Assembly: GCA_900617105.1 (NCBI GenBank)
Contig: UYFQ01000132.1
Span: 1 to 64,000 of the forward strand
Direction: 5' to 3'
Length of the DNA: 64,000 nucleotides
DNA from: Hydrurus foetidus
Taxonomy: Eukaryota
Below are positions 47,601 to 60,707 of this stretch, piece by piece. The position numbers were made by a program, and so were the translations under genes. Position 1 is the first letter of the stretch, and each line of letters starts with the position of its first letter. The notes under the pieces were generated by a model, which did not search any database, was not told the DNA's origin, and saw nothing but the letters and a program-made list of their open reading frames with translations.

Positions 47601-49499
47601 ACGGAGAACTCAAAAGGGCTAAAATCTTCTTGTCTGTCATTCATCAAAACACCGATTTCCCTCTCAATTCGTATAGCTTCGTTGCGATCAATGGTAGGGG
47701 GGGAGAAGGAGGGGTGGTTCAGCTGTTGATGCAGTGAGCTGTCAGGATCAACTATCAGTGTCGCCTCCCACGGCCCGAGTCTCTGCAATTCTCCTGTATC
47801 CCACAACACTTCTAGCGCTTCCCATGGGGACTGAGGCCAATCCGGGGACGACTCAGACAACACAACAACGCGCCCTCTATACCGCGTCATGTTACTCCCA
47901 CTTTCTTCTTCTTCTTGTTCCGTTGCTTTGTAATCTGCCGTTACTTCCATTCCTGCCCTCCAGGGACTTTTCATCGCTTTCGCGAATGTGTGATAGGGTA
48001 CTAGGAAATCAGGTGCATCGTCCCAATTACGAATGTCTACTGTGAAAGAATGCTCTACTTTATCTTTGTGTCTACTAGCCCTAGCAACAGCAAAGTCCAC
48101 TTGTAATAATCCGGTATTTTGATGCAACTTCCATTTATCAGGTACTCGTAAGATTACCAGCGTAATAGATGCTACAACGGATTTACACCTTCTCAATTCG
48201 GCTGTGGGTGGGAAATCATAGGATAGACCCCGTACCTCACATTCCACAATGGGATATCTTCCTGTGAAAGAATTCCAGGGCGGCAATCTTCCACGTGAAG
48301 GAAATTCTGATAATAAAGAAGAATGACCCTGAGGAAAGTACACAACTCTATCGCCCATTTGCGGACAGTATTGATGTGAATATTGCTCTTCGCCTAGTAC
48401 CCAATCTCTGTCTATTGGCGTGCCTGTCGGTACCACCCATCTGCTTCCTGGTAAATTTTTTGATATTGATATTTTTGGTTTTGTAGGTACGTACGTACGT
48501 GTGTCGAATTCCGTATCTAGATCCAAGATCTCATCTGATATTTTGTAGGTAGTTTTTTTCACCCGCTGACTCCTCGACACTTGTTTTTTTATTCTTTTTT
48601 GCCGTATTGCTTTTTCATCGTCATCACTGCCGAACATATCAATTGTATTTTCTTCGTCTGTATCGGCTGAACTTTCGTCACTATCTTCAATTTCCATTTC
48701 CATTTCCGTTTCACGGATTCTTTCTGTTCTTCTCAATAAACGGTTTCTTCTACTCGATACACTCGCATGCGTACTTGCATTCTCGTTCGGTCTTCTTAAG
48801 GGACGTTTTGACTCGGGCTTGTTTCGATTTCTTTTATTAAATTTTCCCGATTCGTTTATTTCCTCTCTGTCCCAGTCACTCTCTTTATCTTCTTCACTGC
48901 TTGACTTATACGTAGACCGGTCTCCATAGCCGAGGAATCTTTCTTCTTGAAGTGGTCTCAAATCAGATATCGTCATCACCCTACCGGACATACCGGACAT
49001 ACCGGATCTACCGGAATTTCCCCCCGCACTTTTTCTCTCCCATTCACTCGGGAAGGAACCAGCACCAGACCCTGGACCAGTGATTCCAGAATTCACAACT
49101 TCAAATGCAGTAGAATTGTATTGCTTCGCTTGTCTTCCTCTCAGTCTATTGCGCTTAAATGTTAAAAACATTCTGTCCATGAGTTTTCCGACTTTTAGTG
49201 CGGCAGTTTTTTGAGATTCTAGTAATTGCAACACATTTTCTTTCGACATTGCGGATGGCCCGTGCATGCGGAACTTGGGTTGACATTCCAGAGGCGTCCC
49301 GTCCACTCTACATAGCGGACCTAGAGGGGCTTCATGTATTGGCAGTTGAGTTCCTACATCGATAGCAAAGCCGTCAGCTCCCCTGTGAAGTGTGCAGTGT
49401 GGAGATGTGGTGGAGTGAGTAAGTACTATTGTATTAATGTGAGTGTGTGGAGGGTGGTGAGGCAGGGTGTGTGTGTATGTAGGGGGAAAGGGGGGAGTG

Positions 49500-49531
<32 letters not shown>

Positions 49532-52500
49532 CGCATGTATGTATGGTGTTTTGGCAGATTTCGTAAAATGCATATTAAAAAATGGTACTAAATAATGGCA
49601 AAAAATTCAAAGTTTGGTAACAAAATAAAATATCTTAAATGAAATCATGTTTTGCATCTTGTCTTCTATGCGACGTAATGTAAATGCAGAGAATATAAAA
49701 GGCACGTACGTACATCATAATGTCTTGATAGTCAGTTGAGTAATATTGCTCTGGTGCCACGTCTTTAAATCTGGACGGATCATCTAATCCGAGGATGGAA
49801 ACTCTACCGAGAGAATCGGTTACGGCCAGTCTCGATCCGTCAGGTGAAAAACTTGCATCGTGAATTTTAATAGTATCCTCTTCACTTCCTAAATATGGAT
49901 GTGCAAAAAAGTAACTACTTAATTTCTCTTCATTTTCTGTATCCCATACAGCTACAATTCCGTCATCGCCACCGGTTAAAACAACAGCCGGGTCTACCGG
50001 ATGGGGATACAGAACATTGGCCGTAACCGTGCTAACACACGGTATAACCCGTAAAAGATCTCCGGTAACAGAATCCCAGACTTTAAGTCTTGTGCTAGCG
50101 ATTATTTTCAAATGTTTGATATCACCTCCCACCTGAACGCTTTGCAGTGTAACCACTCTCAGATCGTTCTTGGTCCAACATACACTGTTAACATGAGCTT
50201 TGTTCTTCTGTCTGTTTGCAGTCCTTCTCGACCCTCTGCTCACACCTGAAGAGGAAGACGCCTCTTCGTCATCGTCAGCCATCACCAAGACAATGTGATC
50301 ATTTTTACTAAAATCCTTGATAAACGACCATATACGCACTGTCCCATCTAGTAAGCTGCCTGTAACAATGCGATCCCCCTCATTGCTGAATCGCAAGTCT
50401 GTCACACCGGATACATGCCCCTCTAAGCGTGGTAACATATGGTCTGAAACACGTTTAATTCTTTCCAACTCCCTGGGACTAAAAGCGCCTTTTAAAACCC
50501 TGTACGCCTCATCGTCATACACCGGATAATTCTTCAACGGATTCCCAACCCTCCCTCCTGTTGTGTGCTTACCACTCCCGCTTGAATTATCTGTGCTGAT
50601 CGCACCGTATCTCCACAATCGCACAATGCCATCCTCACACCCCGTCGCTAGTACACCTCCTAAAGGACTGACATCCAAACACTGTACTTTAATTCCCTCC
50701 TCCCCCGCCACGGCCAACATAGTATCCCGTATATGCGGTAAAACCAGTTTATGCAGATTTTCTGGAAATTGGCCCAAGTTCCAGTCAAATAACCCCGGAT
50801 TGAAATTATTAGCTGGGTCAGAAATACCGGATCTTACCGGAATCTGCACGGATATGTCGGGTGATTCCTTGATTTGACCCAGGGCCTTCATACTGTTTAT
50901 GTGATATGTACGTACTGAGTGATTTGAGATGTCCGTTACACCATTACCATTGCTGCCGTTCCGATCATCCGCAGTGCTGATGTGGCAATCATTATTACTT
51001 TCTTTTGCGTTTTTATTGGTATCGGTGGTGTCGTTGCCGTTGTTGGTGTTTATGTTACTGTCACCGTTTCTCATATCAGTAACATCGCTGGTATCGATTA
51101 AAGAAGAAGGAAAAGAAGAAGAGGAAGAAGATGATGATGATGAGGAAGAAGAAGAAGAAGAAGAAGAAGAAGAAGAATGATGATGAGAAGAAGAAGAAGA
51201 AGAAAAGATGATGATGAGGAAGAAGAAGAAGAAGGAAAAGAAGATGAGTCTCCAACGCCATTCTCGGAACATTCTGCAGTCAGTGACGCAGCGAAAGACG
51301 TGGCGTACGAATCAAGGGGGGACTGAGGCCCTGGGGTATTCTCTCTGACGTCACTAACATTCTCGTTGGAATCATCCGGTATCAGTGTCTTGTAATTCGG
51401 TTGAATCCGGTGCATTGGGGCGGGGGAGGGGTTGAAGTTGTGGGGTTGATGTGTGTATGTGCTGTGCAGTGGTCTAACTGCATCGATCAAGGGGACATCG
51501 CCAGGCTGTAGATTTAGAAGGGAAGAAAGATCCCATACAGTGCAATTTCCTTCATCTCCCACACTAGTAAGAGCACAATTTGTTTTGTCGAATGCAATCC
51601 AATTAACTTGTTTGTCTCCATGCTTCAACACCTGAATGCATCGACCATCTCGTAATCTCCATATTCTTATGACGCCAAGAGTACATGCTGATGCGAGTAG
51701 ACTGTTATCAGGACTCAAAGCAATGATGGAAATGAAACCGTTATGTCCTCTGCATGTCAGTGCTAATATTCCTTTTTCTATATCCCAAACTTTTATCAAA
51801 TAATCGTCCGCACCAGTGATTGCGAATCTCCCACTGCCATCTATGATCACGCAGTAAGCGGGATTTAATGCATGCCCACTAGCAGTCCACAGAAGTTTGT
51901 AATTATACGTCATTTTTTTTCTAAATCTTTCTGCAGAATTTTTCATTGCCATTCCACTTCCTCGAATCTGACCCAAGTTCCACTTAGTCAAACCCAGCAT
52001 GCGATTATTAATAAAATTCAATCCACTGTCGATGCATCCTCGGTACTCACTGGACGATAGGCACCCGATGTACGCCAGTTCATTAATCAGTCTGAGAATC
52101 TCGGCCGTATTATTTTTAACGAAAACGGTGTTTTCCTCCAGAGCTAGAAGAACGCTCGCCAGTTCTTTCTTTTGTCCAATATCTTTTAAAATCGGCCGCA
52201 TATTACTCTGTAACACGACGCACTCTTCATCATCGTTTATTAATTCTACTTGTTTTGCTGTTTCTGATTCATTGTTTTCAGTACTCAATGTTTCTTCTCC
52301 AGCATTTACTTCCTTCTTAAGATGCGCCTCAGCGCTACGTAACTTCTCATTTGTGACTTTATAGCTCCGCAATTCACTGTATAAGTCAGCGAGTTTGGTC
52401 ATATTGGATCGGAATGCCTCTCGATGACTCGGTTTGGCATTGTCGTAGACACCGTGAAGGGGCTGTAAAAGGGAAGGTACTCTTCCCATGGTGTCTCCTC

Positions 52501-52849
52501 TCTGAAGTGCAGCAGTCACCACTCGTAGATGCTGGATCAGCTGATCAGCAGGAAGTCTGCTGAACTTCTTATCTAGATCCTCCATTGTAACATCGCGCTC
52601 TTGCCCGTCCCACGAGTGTATCGTCCCAAAAGACGTACTCGCTCTCTGAAATGATGTAGATTCGTTAGAATAGTATCGCTTTCGTTAGAGATTTCGAAAG
52701 GTGACGACTTCTGTGTGCGACAAACAGTAACTCTTCTCAGATGAGTGATAACAACTCACCGCTTCTTTCTGCAATGATGCGGATGTTTCACTGAGGTGGC
52801 CACATGATCGCAGCAGTGTCGCCACGAGATACAGTGTTTCTGCGTTCAT
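44615..52849 (-). CDS. Bromodomain and WD repeat protein (BRWD/PHIP family), multi-exon
   Basis: N-terminal ETLYLVATLL, WD40 repeats (ITGADDYLIKVWD, GHVSGVTDLRFS), YCPQMGDRVVYFPQGH, SPWEALEVLWD, two bromodomains (IFTNCLTYN; APGYSDIVLHPMDL..MFDNCDLYN). Confidence 0.9.
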
Positions 52850-54253
52850 CCCAAAACGATGGAAATTGCTGCGGTCAATATTTATTTCGCGAATGTCTCA
52901 GATATTTCTTATTTCCCCGAGGAGGACGAAGAAGCCACTCCTGCTCATCTGTGACTTGTCTGCATGTCCGCGTGGAGATGTGATGCACCAAAGGAGTTGG
53001 AGATTGGAGAGTGGAGACGGATCATCCCGTTTTTCAAATATTTCTGCCATATTTTTGAATTTTTGTTTTATTTTTACACACAAAATTGAAAACCTCGCGA
53101 CTTTTTAAAATTTCGAATGAGTTTTGAATGATTAATTACATAAGTTCAGTTTGGTTAACGTTGAAGAGCGTTGGCTCATTAGTAATTGCTGGGATGAAGA
53201 GTGGCACTGACGTGCGATTTGAATTTCGATCGATGGATGATAATCACATCGTAAACGCTTATATCGAATATCGCTAAAATTAGTAGAACGATACGGACAC
53301 AAAATGTGAGGCGTTCATCTGTAGCAGTTGTCTTGCAAGAAAATCATCAAATCCATATGTTTTCTTATGATTTCAAATTTGTAGCAAACTAACATTGACA
53401 TCCTGCAAATAACCGAAGGTGCATCTCCTGAAGAAGTTTCTTGCATCGCGCAATAATGATTTCTCACTATTTCATGCTCAGAATTCAAAGTGACAGCGGG
53501 TTCTGAATTCTATTTACAGACTTCAGTTCTAAAATGGAACCAGAACCCAGAATTCGAACCTCGGACCCTACTACTGAAAAATTCCGACAAAAAAATCTGT
53601 GTGTGTGCAGCGTACGTACTGTACAGGTTGAACGTTTCTGTTTTTTCTTTTTTCCTCTGGAGGTTTCCGTTGGAGTGAGGTAGGAGGGAGGTGCTTTAGC
53701 ACAATGAGTACTGGACACTAACAACACAAACAGTCTGAAACCAGTCTGTAGTAAATGAGGAAACTATCAAGGCTCATGAATTATGAAATGCGAATCATTT
53801 GGTGTCACTGCGTATTTGTTCCATTTATAATTTACAGCTGAAAGTACAGTAAATTGAAGCGCGGTGATTAACACCATAAATGAATAGAATTGAATTCCAA
53901 GCATCCTACCAATGTCAACCTTACGTGGCTGGATGCTCCTTTAAGATGACAGTATTGTGCAAGTCAAAACAAGACAACACTTTTGAGGATTTTCTTGAAG
54001 CATATTTGACGAATATAGAGTGAGAATCGTTGTTCTCAGCGGTAATTTTTGAAAACAAAAAAATGGTATTCCTGTTTAGTTTTGACTTCGACAATATCCC
54101 TTTGTTCTCGGAACACTGTGAGCAATTTGAATAAGCATTGTGACACATGGCAGTACACGCTGCACTGCTCAAATTTGATTGTGAATATCATCTGGTCGAA
54201 GATGCTCACTACACCTTGCTTCTTCTCGCATACCCAAAATTTCACGGAAATTA

Positions 54254-54422
54254 GGCCACAATTCACGGAAACGCTATAACGTTTTCCCGTACAACTATTT
54301 TACGGCAAGGTTCCAAATTCGACCTAAATTACCCCTCTTTATGGCAAAATTTTCCTCTTTCCACATATTTTGTGGCAAAAAAACACAAGGGAACTTTTTT
54401 AGTGTTCCCGTGAAGTGTAGCC
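54254..54422. mobile_element. 169-bp Harbinger-type MITE, copy 2 (diverged)
   Basis: Same length as and colinear with 20529-20697; TTA TSD on both sides. Confidence 0.88.
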
Positions 54423-55407
54423 TTAAACGTTAGTTTCCGTACGTGCGTATCATATTTGACTAATAAAGAGCGGTGAAAAATGTTTTCTCAATTAAATCTA
54501 GTGCAGTAATTTGATTTTCTAATTTAATCGTCACCACGACAATGCATCGCACCACATCATAGAATTGCTTCCTCTTTATAATCGCCTCTTGTCTTCGAGT
54601 TTCAACTTTTATTATTTCATTTCGTTTTCATTTTAATTTTCGTCTTTTGTCTGGACCAATTCTGAAATAAAAAAAAACTCATTTTATAATTTGTTTTTTT
54701 AACTCGTGTCTAATTTTTTAAGATATCGTTATTTGATAGGGTTAAAGCGTCCGAAATAGATATCTCAAAATAAGTCTACTGTACCAAATGTGCGCTAACA
54801 AAAATTTTCTGAAATAATGCTTCCCTTCATTATTTCAAACATCAGATAAATTGTAACTTTAACTGTATCGTCATCATTTAACTGCCGTTTTATCAAATTT
54901 TAAAATACGAAAAATGTATGCATGTTCTTGAATAAATCAAATAATAGTGGTGATATGTATCGTGTAGCTCGCCTGATGAGATAAGCGCTTTTCCATTTTA
55001 TATTTCATGCAGTATTCCTCTCCGTAATTATGAAAAACAGTTCGGAAAAAGCTGTGATTTTTATCAACAATTTAGTCCGTCATCAGCACACTATTCTTTC
55101 CTTGTGTAATCACACTTTGTCGATACAGTGCGACATTTCGTAAATATGACAAGTCGTGATTTAGTATGATGTTCCGAGAAGAAAGAAAAAAAGAAAGAAA
55201 GGAAGGAAGAAAGAAAGAAAGAAAAAGGAAGAGAAAGAAAGAATAAGAAGTGAATTCGTCTTCTTCCTTCTTTTCGGTCATCTCTCAATCTAATACTCTC
55301 CTTTCTGATGTTTTCCGTGTTCTCTTCGACAATTTCATTCCAACTCCTGAAATTTCCTAATCAAACCCTCATGCAACTCTTGAAATTTAGTACTTCATTC
55401 CTCTATT

Positions 55408-58400
55408 TTAGTACAGCTCTCCGACTTTACCCTCCCCGAAAACGTTCATTGCGATGACAACATCCTTCATTCTGTCGAACACATCCATGACACGCAGCTT
55501 GAGCACCTCGTTCTCATTATCGTCTTTTTCATCAACTTTTTCGTCATTTTTTCCATCACTTTTCTCTATTCCATTCTTACTCTCAACAGCACCACTTGTT
55601 GTTTTGTCATTCTCGTTATCAGACGAACCATCTTCATCACTTCTCTCTTTCTTTATTTCGATAACTGACCCATCTGCTGCCACCTCCTGCACAACTCTGT
55701 CTCCATTCCTTTCAATTTTCACAGATTTCACTCCTTTTTCACCAATATTCATTGAAATCGGTAGATGAGGATTTAACAGTTCTGGTGAGATTTTCGTGTT
55801 CCTTCTCTTGCCAATCCAAGGCATAGCTTTTTCGATAAATTGTGTTGGTTCTGGAGAGAACATTGCTACCCAGTCGTATTGAACTAGTCGGGGTACAGGA
55901 TCTGTACGTACGTTGCAATGTACGTTATTATGTGCATTTCCGTATAGAATTTTAATAGTCATATGAAAATTTGAAAATTTGGTAAAGTTGACACCTTCGA
56001 GTAGTACGAAGACAGCGAAACGAACACCAATAATTTAAAGCCTCCCATTGGAATAATGACATATCAGATTAGGGATACATTGACACTTCAAAATTAAAGC
56101 AAATACGAAAAAAAAACAAAAAATTCAATAAATCGGCAAAACAGCCTTATTTATTAAAATACGGTAGAAGTATCCCGTACCTTCCGGCTCTTCCCCCATG
56201 GAGAGAATGATTCCTAAGAGCACTGCGTATCCGGTTGCGCTGGTTCCTCTTGTAATGGGCGCGTAATTCACCCAGTAGTAGAAACATTCCAGGGCTGTGC
56301 GAGTAACGTCTGCAAGGGGGAGAAAAGAAGAATGATAGTGATGAGAGGAAGAAGAGAAAAGAAGAATGATAGTGATGAGAGGAGGAAGAGAAAAGAAGAA
56401 TGATAGTGATGAGAGGAGGAAGAGAAAAGAAGAATGATAGTGATGAGAGGAGGAAGAGAAAAGAAGAAGAGAAGAGGAGCGGAAGATGGTGAGGAGAAGG
56501 AGAGGAGGAAGAAGAGAAGAAAAAGAGGATGCTGGTGATGAGAAAAAAGAAGAAGAATAGGAGGAATAGGAGGATAGGGAGAAAGGAGAGGAGAGCCAGA
56601 GCATAAAGTCTTGATACATCCTTAACAAAAATCTACCCAAACTGACCGTTTTTGGCTTGTTGAATTTGAGAATCATTTTCCCCTCCATCTTGCTTCAGTC
56701 CGTACAATCTCAATAAAATACGTTCTAGTCGTAAGAATGTTGCAGCTAATTCTTCTTGAAATGAAATTGTTCTGTCGTGCGTACTTGCAGAACAAATGCT
56801 GAAGTCAAATCCCTTTGGGGAAGAAATTAGAATTAATTTTGAAATCCGTTAATGTAATTTCCGTGATGTAATTTTCAAGGGGGTGGAAGTGGTGATGTTG
56901 AAGAAGAAGCGCTTGCAAATTAATCAACAAAAAATAGAAAATTGTATAAAGAAAAAGAATACCACAATGCAAAGCTGCAAGTTTCCTAGTTGTAAGTCAT
57001 GAACATTCTTTTCAAGAGTACTCGCATGAGCAGATTTATTTACTATTTTATAGCGTAGTTCTTTGATTGTTAAATCCCTCTCATAAGCATGATGTTCTTG
57101 ATTACAGAGGAGAAGAGGGGGGGGGGGGAAGAAGAAGCCATTTACGCCTATTTTAATGGATTCTCAACATCCGTAGAAATCAAATATGAAAGTGTGATTC
57201 CACAGAAAAGTGTCTAACAAAGGGGTACAAGCCATTCTTGTGATGTCGCCCATCAGAACACTATCACACGTTGATGCAGATGACATCTGTTATCAGGACC
57301 CTCCTACACAGTATCACTTCAGCCACATATCATGTCATGTCAGTTACACCCAATGCAGGCCTTGTCATATCACATAAATCATCTTGAGAATGTGAAATAT
57401 CTCATTTGAATCATTTTGGAGATTCGAACCGCTTACCTCTCCTTCCGCTTTCATCAAAGTGAGCCGAGTGCCGTTCAGCGTGACACCTTCGAAAACAATA
57501 AAAAGTTTATGAAGATTTCGAGTTAAAGCTCTGAATTTTTTATTCGTTAGGATAAATTGTCTTAAAAATGAAAACGAAAATGAAGAAGATAATAATTATG
57601 GAAAAAGAAATGAAAATTGAATAAGTGATCGTAATAAAAAAGTCAAGAGTGAAAAGTGGTGCACACGTGCTTATTTGTAATCTTCAACTATGGTGACATC
57701 GCTGCATAGAGTTAAAATGAAAATTCCGAAATTTCCCTGAACGTCACTGTCAATCGATATCTTCCATAATCAACATTTAATAAATATAAAGTACAACAGA
57801 AGGGAAAATAATAAAGAAGAAGGTATGGATGGTCGACTTAATTCACCTGGTGCTATTATGCTTTGCACGGGTAGGACTTGGTAATATCCTCCCCCCACTA
57901 TGTCGAATAGTTCGTGGTGTTTTGTGGCTTTTGAAACTTTTTTCTTCGCGTATTGAGAAAGTTCAACATTTTCGTCCCTAAAGGAAGTGAAAAGGAGAAG
58001 AAAGACAAAAAAAGCGAGGAAGAGAAATAAGTAGAATAACAAGAAGAAAAAAAGAATAAGAAAAAAGACATGGAAAAAGGAGCAAAGAGAAGAAGAAAAG
58101 AGGATGGTCACCGAAGTGTTCATGGTTCGTAGTTATTGATCCAGCTATTGGCATTGAAAAAGCAATTTTTTTTAAAGGAAGATTGGATTAGGGTGCTGAT
58201 ATGAATGCGCGCCGATTTCTTCCTTTTTGCTTTTCGATAATTATCATCAACAAATGTAATTAAAAAATCACTTTTACAGTAGTGTTTCTTTGAACAGTAA
58301 AGAATGAGAAGAGTCCAAGTTATGTGATTAAGCAGGTGAATTATCCACTATGTTTTATCAAGCATTGAGCGACAATTAAAAATAAATATAAATCACATAA

Positions 58401-60676
58401 ATCATCAATAATATTAAGAAAAAAACATTTATAAAGTATAACAGACTAAAATTTAGTATGAGACTCACTCTTCATTGCAGTACCCACGGTGCTCTAGGTT
58501 ATGTTTCGTGATATTGAAGGCCCAGTCATTGTATGTGTGATATCTCGTGATTTTTTTTGTACCAGCTACCATAAAGGTATCTGGGAAAAAACAGGGAGAA
58601 TAATTTTGAGGGAAAACAATAAGGTAAAATAGAGAAAGGTACGATTGGAGAAGGGGGAGAAAGTGAAAATAAGGATATAGGGAGGTGAAGTAGGGAAGGG
58701 TGGAAGGAAAGAGGAAGTAAGGGGAAGAAAGAGTGAGGTAAGACGAGAAAGGGTGAAGGGGAGAGTGAACAGGGGTGATGTGTAGAGGAAAGGGATGGAG
58801 AAGGAAGAACAAGGTAGACTAGACAAAAAAAGTGCGACGAATACAAAGAAGCAATACCACTAGTGCCATTCAATGCAGAGCAGCACTTATTTCAACCAAT
58901 ATTGAGGTACAGAGAAAATAAAAACTCCGAATAATGTCGAATTGTGTAACTCATGAGCCCATCAGAGTTAGTACTTCTCACAGCTGGGTTTCAGTATTCA
59001 ATGTTCAACGCAATAAATAGAAAGTGGATAAGCAGTGCTAAGAGGACAGCGGCTTACTTAGTCCTACTCTCTTGCTGTTCAGCTCGGGGAGATTCATCCT
59101 GAAAGTATTTGAGTGTGTGTGTGTGTGTGTGTGTGTGTAGGGACGGGGGGAGGGGAGGGAGACGATGTGTTACGGTCAGTAAAAGAGGGAAGAGAAGTGT
59201 CGACAAGAAAAGGGGATTGAAGGAAAAGAAATAGAAGAGAAGAGAAAGCAGAAATTCGTCGAAATATTTGTTGTGAGTCCGAAAGGTATGTGTTCGAAAA
59301 ATAATTTTATTCATAATGCACGTACGTCACTACTTTAAATAGAACATCAAAGAGGAAATCTCAGGAAAATTATTCCCAGGAAAGTCTCTTCTAATCCTAC
59401 AATGGAATGTTCCCTCATCAATTTTTAAATAAAGTGCTCTGAGGGAGTATGTCCTCATCCTACTTATGCTGCATCCTAACAAGAAAATCTTTCGACTTCT
59501 TTTCTGATCTATTCTTTTCTCTTCTTCCTATCTCTTCTCTTCTTCCTTTCTCTTCTCTCGTCCCTTCGTATCTTTTCTTTTTTACATTTTCTCACCTGTC
59601 CAGCCAGTACACTACGTCCATGGGTTCGCTCAGTTGTCTCCATCGCACAGCAGTGTCGAACATGTCTCTCCAGCCGAAAATATGATGACCTGATTTGTGA
59701 TGGAGGGGAGAAGAGATTAAAATAGAAGAGGACAAGAAAGGAGGGAAAAGCTGATCAGAAAAATAGGAGAGAAGAGAGATAAGATGAAAGGAAAACAGAA
59801 GTAAGAAGTGCAGATATGAGAAAATAAAATAGCATCAGTACTGTAGGAAGTAAAGTATAGAGGTGACGCAGAGTGAAAACAGAAGTAAGATAAGTGAGGA
59901 GAGTGTGAAAATCGTGGAGAGGCGGTGATATTGTATGGGAGCAAGACAATTCAATAATATCTCGGATAAATAGAGTGGAAGATGAGGAGGTAGAAGAGTT
60001 ATGAAAGACATGATCTTATTCAATATTTTACATGCATTAGAGTGTGTGCTGCCGATAATACACTAGTACTAAATTACGATAACGATGGCATCTTTATCTC
60101 TGAAATGACATCAAAATTTCTTGCTTTAGTAAGCTATACTATACCAATGGAATTAAAAAACAAATTAAATGTGATGCTCGGTTAGCTCAGTATCCGATCA
60201 CATCGTACTTGCCTGTGTACTTCACACTTTTTTCAGAGAATGTTCTCCAACCGATATACGGAGTTTGACTCGCACTTGCATCACTTACTGGTAGACCGAA
60301 CTAGGTGGAGAGGAGAAAGCAAGAGGAGGATTAGACGTGTTGTATTTGTTATCAATGTAATATGATAAAATAAGATAAAACAGGATAAGATAGAATAGGA
60401 TAAGATTTAACAAGATGAGATGTGATCAGACAAGACATGATAAGATGTGATGAGAAGATAAGATGGGATGACACGAAGAAAGATGAGATGCAGCATAAAA
60501 TGTGATGTGATTTAATATTTTAGTTTTTATCACTGCATCAACTCATCACGCGGGAGTTTATTCGCACTGAATGGCATTGAGGTGTAAGCGTAGCATGTAA
60601 GTCAGTGTATCAGTCAGTCAGTGTATCAGTCAGTAAGTCAGTCAGTGTATCAGTCAGACAGTCAATGTATCAGTCT

Positions 60677-60707
<31 letters not shown>

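Noticed and set aside
51087..51272. Frame change in the BRWD poly-Ser tract as programmed recoding
   Set aside because: Lies in a trinucleotide repeat; an assembly slip or unrecognised intron is simpler
53497..53570. Weak inverted repeat GGGTTCTGAATTCT / AGAATTCGAACC
   Set aside because: Short, imperfect and without a TSD
56321..56467. 34-bp repeats as a CRISPR array
   Set aside because: Head-to-tail with no spacers, in a eukaryotic intron
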